Below, in pieces: positions 8,176-15,770 of a stretch of DNA of 64,000 nucleotides. The stretch's first letter is position 1, and each line of letters opens with the position of its first letter. The DNA is from a virus (Duplodnaviria > Caudoviricetes): the IMG/VR virus record IMGVR_UViG_3300029305_003192; one strand, given 5' to 3'. Both the position numbers and the translations under genes were made by a program. The notes under the pieces are model-generated. The model did no database searches and had not been told where the DNA came from. It saw nothing but the letters and a program-made list of their open reading frames with translations.

Positions 8176-9807
8176 TTAGTAAGTTATCTCCGCCTCGATA
8201 CTGCGGTGACGGAGAAAAACCAGCTGTGGAATGTTGAGGTTAAGAGGCTGTACATTGCCACAGTTTGGACACTTAGTCATGATAGTGAATGTTGGATTGT
8301 AATTCTTCTTATCAAGTGTGATATTGATAATAGCACGCTCAGTCTCAACGATTGTACGATAGTACTCGATGATTTCATCGATATCGGTGAGCTTGATGTA
8401 GCAGTCCTTACCATTATCATCTACTCCATCATATACATAGATTTCACGTGTCCACATTGCGTATACGTTGATGTAGTATTCAGGGTCATCTGTTTCCATG
8501 TTAGTTGCACTGAGTGTTGTAAGTGCATCATTGATGGTTGGAGCCGCGAATGTGTATACGTTCTTTGTGAATGTAGAACGAGCCTTGAAGGAGATGATAG
8601 TGTCATCACAAACTACCTTCATGCGGTCAAGGTCATCCTTAGCATCGAGAATGCGGTTGAGGATTTCCTTCTGAGTATCATCGATATCATCATACTTGAT
8701 GATAGACTTGGAGTTATATGTAGCTTCGAACTGCTTGCCACGACGACGTTCAGCCGGTGGGAGTGAATCAACACACTTTCTGGAGAAGCAGTTGAAAGCG
8801 GATGTGATCATTTCTGTAGAAGATGCTACATAGATAGCATAAAGACCAGTATCAACGTCATCGAAACGGAACCAGTTACAGAAATCTTCGAAGGTCATGA
8901 TAAGGTTACCTTCGACATCATACTTGTTTCTTGTGGTGGAGTTGTTGAAGTTGTCGTAAAGGAACTGAGCCTTCTTCTGGAGGAGAGAAATGTCAGATTC
9001 TGTAGATTCACCATTCTCATCAACTTCACCAATTACAGCATTTGTAAGCTGGAAGATGTTAGCACCATTAAAGGTAGCAAAGTCTCTTGTATTGTACATT
9101 GGGAGACCGTAATGTGAGAGACTGCAAGATGCTCTGTGGATAACCTTGAACTTCTCATCTCTCTGAACTTCACGTACGTTGAGAGTTTCGAGTTCCTGGT
9201 TATTAACAACCACAAGACGAATCTTCTCTGTACGCATGAGCTTAGCTTCCTGCTCAGGAGTAAACTCGATCTTGGAAGCGTCGCCAGCAGCAACCTCGAT
9301 GTTTACAATCTCTGGGTGTTCATTATAGTAGCTCTGCTTCTCTTCTTCAACCTGTCTGTTGAGACGGTTTCTTGCAGCTTTGTCTGCTTCGTTTGGGGAA
9401 AGACCTTCATTAACGATGAGATTCTTTCTGTATTCCATAATCTCAGCAGCGAGCTTAGAGGACACTTCATCATAGTGAGCTGGGTCCTTAGACTTAACAC
9501 CCTTAAGGGCATCTTCGATAACCTTGTTATAGTTATCGAAAGCGGATTCTTCAGTTGTATCCTTTGCGTTCAGATCAGCACCGACGATGATAGCATCTTC
9601 ATCATCTTCATCATCGTCGATGTCAGATGTGTCCATTGTGATAGCACCTGTTGCATAGTCGGGCTCATCATCAGGAACTGTATCAGCAGGAGCCTGTGTA
9701 AGCTCCTCCATATCTTCTTCTGTAACAGCGAGTGGGTCATTCTCTGGCATAGTTACGTCAGTAGCACCCTGTGCGAACTGACTAATAGCACTCTGTGGGA
9801 TATTCAT
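8176..9807 (-). CDS. Putative baseplate hub/tail assembly chaperone (T4 gp26-like C-terminal CxxC)
   Basis: 543 aa, acidic N-terminus, C-terminal KCPNCG; next to gp25-like gene. Confidence 0.5.
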   Translation of the reverse strand: MNIPQSAISQFAQGATDVTMPENDPLAVTEEDMEELTQAPADTVPDDEPDYATGAITMDTSDIDDDEDDEDAIIVGADLNAKDTTEESAFDNYNKVIEDALKGVKSKDPAHYDEVSSKLAAEIMEYRKNLIVNEGLSPNEADKAARNRLNRQVEEEKQSYYNEHPEIVNIEVAAGDASKIEFTPEQEAKLMRTEKIRLVVVNNQELETLNVREVQRDEKFKVIHRASCSLSHYGLPMYNTRDFATFNGANIFQLTNAVIGEVDENGESTESDISLLQKKAQFLYDNFNNSTTRNKYDVEGNLIMTFEDFCNWFRFDDVDTGLYAIYVASSTEMITSAFNCFSRKCVDSLPPAERRRGKQFEATYNSKSIIKYDDIDDTQKEILNRILDAKDDLDRMKVVCDDTIISFKARSTFTKNVYTFAAPTINDALTTLSATNMETDDPEYYINVYAMWTREIYVYDGVDDNGKDCYIKLTDIDEIIEYYRTIVETERAIINITLDKKNYNPTFTIMTKCPNCGNVQPLNLNIPQLVFLRHRSIEAEITY

Positions 9808-9828
9808 TGTAGATTCCTCCTATTGAAA

Positions 9829-10260
9829 TTATTTCTCATCAAATTTAGATATGATGTATGTAAGAATTTGGTCACCTTCAGTTATATCGATGGTTCGATA
9901 TGTGATTACCGAACCCTCTATGAAGCCAACGAGAATGCGTATTACATGTATATTACGCTCTTCCCAATAAAATGTGGTCAACTTAAGTGTTCCTATTGGT
10001 ATATCAGCCAAGTATTGTGCACACTGTCCTCTGATTTCACTTTCGAGTTCCGACATACCGCTCATGAGCTCTTCGAATTTATACATGGAGATATGTACTC
10101 CAGCATTAGGCTCATCACTATATGTACCTTTCTCAAGGAATATCAGTTCACATATAAGTCTTATCCACATATCGGCATTAACTGTTTCTTTCGGTGAACC
10201 GAAATCACCGACTTCAAAAGTCGGTTCCTTAACTACTGTAGAGGTAGTTGATGCGGCCAT
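9829..10260 (-). CDS. gp25-like baseplate wedge/sheath initiator protein
   Basis: 143 aa with KGTYSDEPNAGVHISMYKFE, resembling the gp25/GPW G-x-x-x-x-x-P-x-x-G...FE motif. Confidence 0.6.
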   Translation of the reverse strand: MAASTTSTVVKEPTFEVGDFGSPKETVNADMWIRLICELIFLEKGTYSDEPNAGVHISMYKFEELMSGMSELESEIRGQCAQYLADIPIGTLKLTTFYWEERNIHVIRILVGFIEGSVITYRTIDITEGDQILTYIISKFDEK

Positions 10261-10354
10261 AATGGACGTTCTCCTTTCTTTCGAAGTCTATTTTACATCT
10301 CTGTAATAATAGCTAAAAAAATATCCGGTTTACCGAAAGGTAAACCGGGTGTTG

Positions 10355-10822
10355 TTATTTCTTATCGTCGTTATCTTCTTTCTTTTCTTCATCCTCTTCG
10401 CGGGATTCTTCCAACTCTTCCAGAAGCTTAGTAATGTCCTTAATTTCATGCATACCCTTAGTAACGGTCTTGAAGAGAATCATCGTATTCTTAAATGACA
10501 AGAAGAATCGAGTGATATCATCTCCCAGAGCACCAAGTATTACTGCAATGCACAGGTATACTTCCTCAGGACCCTTATCTGCAAATAGCGTATGAACGAT
10601 AGTAATTATGATAGTTGGAAAGATTGCACTTACCACAGTAGTGGCAATTATGACACCAATCTTATGCTTTTTCTTTCGCTTACCAGTAGAAGGTGGTGCG
10701 TTCTTTATGAATTGTGACACGGCCGATCCCAGTAAGCATGGTATGAAATGAATCAGTGTAAGCATAAGAAAGTGACCAAGTGTGATTACTTCAGAAGGGA
10801 TTTCCATGTGTTTCACCACCAT
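10355..10822 (-). CDS. Membrane protein, holin-like
   Basis: 3 hydrophobic segments, basic loop, charged C-terminal tail. Confidence 0.45.
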   Translation of the reverse strand: MVVKHMEIPSEVITLGHFLMLTLIHFIPCLLGSAVSQFIKNAPPSTGKRKKKHKIGVIIATTVVSAIFPTIIITIVHTLFADKGPEEVYLCIAVILGALGDDITRFFLSFKNTMILFKTVTKGMHEIKDITKLLEELEESREEDEEKKEDNDDKK

Positions 10823-10842
10823 TTCTTATATGATTGTAGATA

Positions 10843-12177
10843 TTAACTGTCGGCAGGAGTAACATAGCCGTGCTTAGTCGCAGGGTCAATCGTCTGCTGG
10901 TCAGTTTTCGGATAGTACTTCTCCAGCTTCTTGCTGTTGAGGTAGTTGAGGTTAACGTAAATGATGAGACGGTATGTTGCGTATGGGTCGCTCTTATGTA
11001 TCGTGATATCCATCGTATTCCAGTTGATATCCCAATCCAGCGATGGGTCCAAATCATATGTCTCTTTAATAAGCTTGGCCCTAAATAACAGTGTTACCGG
11101 ATTCTCATGAGCTAAGTAATCCAGATATATCTGATAGTCCTCATCGCTTAAGAAAGGTTTGATATTGAATGAGTCATCCTGACCATCTTTATCCTTATCA
11201 GTACGGATAATGGCATTTGTATACTGACTGAATCCTTCCAGTTCCATATTCCTATCTATACCCATGAAGTTGAATGTAAAGATTGGAATGTAAGCCTGAC
11301 TGTTCATAGGCTCGTCTATAAAGTGAATACACGATTGTATCTTATTACGAATAGCGTCACAACCGTACAGATAGTAATTGGCCAACATATTGAAATCGCA
11401 TGTCGCTTTGAATGTTACAACGGAAGTATCCTCGATCATGTTCTTCTTCTCAGCCTCACTTACTGATAAGTCGGTGAATACTGTAAGGATATTCTGTAAG
11501 TAATATATGAAGAATTCATCTACGCTAGACGCATTATTCATCATATATGTTATTGGATATGACGACTGTGCCCTTATATAACGCAGGAATGCAGATACAC
11601 CATTAGCGTCATCCATTTGTATTCCGACATACCGAGCAATGGTACGGAGTATATTACGAGGAATCAGTGACTCGAGTGGTGTATGGATATATCTTGGAAC
11701 ATCCCATGGCAGTGTATTCTTAAGATAATGGTAGATATCATATCCGGCATATGAAGTACTGAGCTGGAGTTCTATATCGAATGTCAATCTATAACGATTG
11801 ATTCGAAATCCTACACCAAAACCACGCCTCTTATCCTGAATAAATTCCTGTATATCGTTACCTGGACCAAGCACCGCACCATCATAATTAGTGAAGTGTG
11901 TACCGCAAAGAAACAGGTCGTCGTTAGGTCCAACTATTTCGAGAGTTGGTCTAATAATCATACAGGGCTTCTGCTTTCTCTGTATGTCATTAGTAGCAAG
12001 AGTTGCCTTTCTATGTTTCTGAAAGTGTCTATATGCTACACGGGTAGATATAGAGCTATCTTTAAGAAAGTCTTTAGGGAGCATACCTTTGAGGTGAACC
12101 TCGAGAGCTTTAGCCACATTACCGTATACATGAGCAATGGATGATGTAGCCTCAGAGAAGATATGGTCCATTTGCAT
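10843..12177 (-). CDS. Putative virion structural protein (tail completion-like)
   Basis: 444 aa, late-type promoter at 12208-12219, tail gene neighbourhood. Confidence 0.4.
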   Translation of the reverse strand: MQMDHIFSEATSSIAHVYGNVAKALEVHLKGMLPKDFLKDSSISTRVAYRHFQKHRKATLATNDIQRKQKPCMIIRPTLEIVGPNDDLFLCGTHFTNYDGAVLGPGNDIQEFIQDKRRGFGVGFRINRYRLTFDIELQLSTSYAGYDIYHYLKNTLPWDVPRYIHTPLESLIPRNILRTIARYVGIQMDDANGVSAFLRYIRAQSSYPITYMMNNASSVDEFFIYYLQNILTVFTDLSVSEAEKKNMIEDTSVVTFKATCDFNMLANYYLYGCDAIRNKIQSCIHFIDEPMNSQAYIPIFTFNFMGIDRNMELEGFSQYTNAIIRTDKDKDGQDDSFNIKPFLSDEDYQIYLDYLAHENPVTLLFRAKLIKETYDLDPSLDWDINWNTMDITIHKSDPYATYRLIIYVNLNYLNSKKLEKYYPKTDQQTIDPATKHGYVTPADS

Positions 12178-12286
12178 AATAACTCACCTCGCTTTAGTCT
12201 AAGTGATTATACTGCTGTTTCGACCAAATACTACCCTCGGTCCATACAAAAAAATATAGCCACGTGCATATGCACGTGGCTATATG

Positions 12287-12739
12287 TCAGTCATTTAACC
12301 AGAATATGTGAGTATTAGCATCCGATATTTCTTCAATGGCTATAAGCATTGTCTCGGTGAAGTATAAAGCATCGTGCATATGCTTCATTAATCTTCTTAT
12401 GGTGAGTTTAGTAGCTTCATCTGAAAATATGTTCGATCTGAGCATCTCGCGAGCCCTATCTTCATGAACTATCTTAACGGTCATAGTATTGTCTTCGTAC
12501 TCATCGACAGGATAGAATATAACGAATTTTGTACCACTATATATCACTATTAGTGGTATTATCACTCCGTTGTATATGAACGCATTGCCGTCTTGAGTAA
12601 CCCCGAAGTAGTTCAGAATATTGTTGACCGTATCCATATCATCGATAGTAATTGTACCGTTAGTGATGTTTTCTACTAACTCATACATTAATTCTTGCAT
12701 TGCTTTGATAGATAGTCTATTGCTATTTTCTGTACTCAT
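12287..12739 (-). CDS. Hypothetical protein
   Basis: GGGAGG SD before ATG 12739. Confidence 0.7.
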   Translation of the reverse strand: MSTENSNRLSIKAMQELMYELVENITNGTITIDDMDTVNNILNYFGVTQDGNAFIYNGVIIPLIVIYSGTKFVIFYPVDEYEDNTMTVKIVHEDRAREMLRSNIFSDEATKLTIRRLMKHMHDALYFTETMLIAIEEISDANTHIFWLND

Positions 12740-12875
12740 AAAATAAACCTCCCTAGTTATAACAATTAAAATATACCCGTAACGCCATGAAGACGTTACG
12801 GGCAAAGCAGAAAGGAGTCACACCGGTTATGGGTCAACCCAGTGTGGTATATCTGAAATACGGGAAACTGCTGAA

Positions 12876-13583
12876 TTAGTCAAGATACTTCTTACGTCTT
12901 GGCTGGTATGCCGGACGGTATCTTTCGAGATTACCATTGTTGATAGAAGCATAATACTTCTTAACAATGAAGCCTGTAAGGTTACGGTAACGGCGTCTAT
13001 CAGCCTTACCTGTGAGAACATCGATTGGGTTCTCGTTATCATACAGGTTGGAGATGATAACCTCTACAGGTTTGTTGCACTTGTTCTGTGGGTTATTCTC
13101 GTTATACTTCACGTTTCTTGCATCGAAGAGAAGTGTGAAGATTTTGTTAGGATCGAGCAGTACGATGATATACTTACCCTTCTTACCAAGCTCGTTGAGA
13201 GGCTTGTCCTTATCACCCTGAATACCGTACATGTTTACGAACTTCTTGAAGTCCTCATTGTACTGTGGGATACCGTCGACGAATACGTTGTCCTTACCAA
13301 CCACGTTCTGTACGATGTTAGTATTGGACTTAGGTACCCATACCTGGAAGGATGTCTGGAATGCTCTGCGGTTCTGCTTGGATTCTGTATCGTACTCTGA
13401 GTTCTTATCATCAACCCAGGTATCGATCTTGACAGTGAATTCACCATCAATATAAGTTGCAGCAAGTGCAGTGATATTCTTTTCAACGTCTTCCTTGCTG
13501 ATAGTAAATGCTGCCATTGTAAGCGGACAGCCACATGTGTTGTATGCGAGAACGTCACATACGTTGTTATTTGCGTTTGACAT
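12876..13583 (-). CDS. Hypothetical protein, probably highly expressed, basic C-terminus
   Basis: 235 aa, AAGGAGG SD, biased codon usage. Confidence 0.75.
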   Translation of the reverse strand: MSNANNNVCDVLAYNTCGCPLTMAAFTISKEDVEKNITALAATYIDGEFTVKIDTWVDDKNSEYDTESKQNRRAFQTSFQVWVPKSNTNIVQNVVGKDNVFVDGIPQYNEDFKKFVNMYGIQGDKDKPLNELGKKGKYIIVLLDPNKIFTLLFDARNVKYNENNPQNKCNKPVEVIISNLYDNENPIDVLTGKADRRRYRNLTGFIVKKYYASINNGNLERYRPAYQPRRKKYLD

Positions 13584-13658
13584 TTGAGCTTCCTCCTTGA
13601 AATTATTGTTAGTTCTTTAATACCGTTAAATGTATTAATGACGTTATTCTCTCCATCA

Positions 13659-14501
13659 TTAATTCATAATGTCTGAGAGCTTATCGTTATACATCTCTAG
13701 GGTCCCAGCCACTTTAGGTCCCCAGCTCTCATCACAATAGATAGGTCCTATCTCATATAGAGTTTCATATCCCTTATCTATGTACGAGTTCCTGAGTAGT
13801 TCAGCAGTGTATCTATAGCACTCAGCAACACTGTCGAATTCTCTAGGATAATCACCATCCATTATACCGCATGCATTATTGGCATTACGATATTCCATAG
13901 GCCAGTCTTCAGAGTCACATAATCCAGACTCCCATGTTGATATTGCGAGTATTGTTGTCGCTGATATTCCATACTCATCCTCTATAGCTATAAGCTCATC
14001 TACAGCTAGTGCTACTGGATGGTCTGGCGAATACTCGCGGTATCGTCGTTCTATAGACCACTGAATTAGTTCCAACAGATGCTCTCGAGATGCACCCGTT
14101 ACATTCTGAATGTCGTTCCGGTCCATAGATAATTGTGCCACCTGTGGAGTAGTTTGATGTGATGCATAAACTTGAGTATCAGCTACTTGTCTTTCAATAG
14201 TCAGATTGTCAATATCCTCAAGTTCTTTTCGCATCGCTTCGATGGTATCCTTCATGCGGTCATTCTCAGATATCAAGTACTCGACTTCTTCATTGAGATT
14301 GTCGTTATTGGCCTGTAATAATTCCATCTCAGCCTGAACTTCAATCATCTCATTATGAATTCGTCGAGTCTCCGATATAACCGCTATTATCAGAAAAGCT
14401 ACAGAGACTATGATGACCATCCACGTTACTATCATAGTTAACATGGAGTCAAACTTAGCCACCCGCTTCTTCTCTGATTCTAAATCAGTCTTTATCTTCA
14501 T
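13659..14501 (-). CDS. Membrane-anchored glucosaminidase (GH73-like peptidoglycan hydrolase)
   Basis: N-terminal TM helix + coiled coil, then YGISATTILAISTWESG...NNACGI...IGPIYC; AAGGAGGTG SD before ATG 14501. Confidence 0.8.
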   Translation of the reverse strand: MKIKTDLESEKKRVAKFDSMLTMIVTWMVIIVSVAFLIIAVISETRRIHNEMIEVQAEMELLQANNDNLNEEVEYLISENDRMKDTIEAMRKELEDIDNLTIERQVADTQVYASHQTTPQVAQLSMDRNDIQNVTGASREHLLELIQWSIERRYREYSPDHPVALAVDELIAIEDEYGISATTILAISTWESGLCDSEDWPMEYRNANNACGIMDGDYPREFDSVAECYRYTAELLRNSYIDKGYETLYEIGPIYCDESWGPKVAGTLEMYNDKLSDIMN

Positions 14502-14660
14502 CGGTTTTTTCACCTCCTTTCGCAGTATTATCATATATACTTCTTCAAATAATAAAAAAGTCCCCCATATGAGCATAGACGGGCTCATATGGGGGTATAT
14601 ATAAAAACAAAACAAGAGGCACTGAATAACCAAACTTGTTTATTAGAATTATCATTCGCA

Positions 14661-14770
14661 GCTTATTGTGTATCCTTATGTCCTATGATAATTAAAAAAG
14701 TACTAGAGGAGGCACCAGCTGGAACTAGTGCCTCATATGTACCAATTTCATAGGAGGATCAACAATAAGC
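14661..14770 (-). ncRNA. Candidate long irregular hairpin RNA in 3' UTR
   Basis: Nested stems GCTTATTGT/ACAATAAGC, ATCCT/AGGAT, CCTATGA/TCATAGG, GAGGCAC/GTGCCTC. Confidence 0.5.
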
Positions 14771-14870
14771 AGGAACTTCCCGGCACTATTGCACCAGGTC
14801 TTCAAGCAAATTGCAAATGAAGAATCAAACGCACTCGCAATCAGCAGAGGACGTCTATATATTTGTTGTA

Positions 14871-15752
14871 TTAGAAAAGGTCTTCTAACGGATCGAAATC
14901 GTCGGATTCATATATCTCCTCATGTGCTGATTTCATTGCCACGGAAACTTCATCTTCAAAATAGTATTCGACGATGGATTCCATAGCAGGGTCGAAGTCT
15001 TCGTCACACATATGAATTATTGAATCGAGGGCGAGTGATTGCTGATACTTCTTCTTAGCCTCGAGCTTCATAACCTTCTTATCTTTGCCCTTCTCTTCAG
15101 CTTTGGCAATCTTACGATCAAGTTTCTTAATCTCAGCTTCGCCAACAGAACGCAGCCATGTATTGATTGTATTTACGGCAGCTGCGCAAATACCAGGTTT
15201 ATTCAACTGGGATACAAGGTCATTTTCATGACTGAAGCCCCTGAAGTTATCCGAAAGGTATTTGAGAATCTTAATCTTATCTTCGAGTTTTCCGACCTTC
15301 TTATCCTTACCTTTAGCCTTAGACTTTTCAATCTTCTTCTCAAGGCGTCTTACTGTATTATCAATAACTGCAGGGCTTGTAATAGCAAGACAGATGAGAG
15401 ATACAATTACGCCATTCGCTAATGTGATCGGGAGTACCCCAAGACTAGCCATAAATCTTGTTGTTGCAACTCCCAACTTAGATACAGTTGCTCCATTTAA
15501 TGCTGCAAGACTAACGCCCAGTTGTGTCATTACACCCGTATTATACCCATGCAAGATTACCATGTGTAAGAAGGCTGGGATGGTTCTGATAGCACGAGCT
15601 TCTTTTTCACTCCTTGCCGCTTCGGTAGCGGAGAAGTCATAAATACCCTCAATACCCAAGATACTTTCCATTGCAGACATTTCTGTAGCAGTAAGGTCGG
15701 TATCATCAATACCGTAATCGATGTCATCGAAAATATCTTCAAATAATTCCAT
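14871..15752 (-). CDS. Putative internal head protein with A-x-E processing sites
   Basis: Acidic propeptide-like ends with AMES/ATEA; duplicated KGKDKKV motif. Confidence 0.55.
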   Translation of the reverse strand: MELFEDIFDDIDYGIDDTDLTATEMSAMESILGIEGIYDFSATEAARSEKEARAIRTIPAFLHMVILHGYNTGVMTQLGVSLAALNGATVSKLGVATTRFMASLGVLPITLANGVIVSLICLAITSPAVIDNTVRRLEKKIEKSKAKGKDKKVGKLEDKIKILKYLSDNFRGFSHENDLVSQLNKPGICAAAVNTINTWLRSVGEAEIKKLDRKIAKAEEKGKDKKVMKLEAKKKYQQSLALDSIIHMCDEDFDPAMESIVEYYFEDEVSVAMKSAHEEIYESDDFDPLEDLF

Positions 15753-15770
15753 TTATATCATTCCTTTCGT

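Noticed and set aside
9136-10197. Long antisense ORFs (also 19690-21144, 33835-34746, 46484-47368, 61938-62519)
   Set aside because: Shadow frames opposite well-supported genes; no SD or promoter, implausible composition
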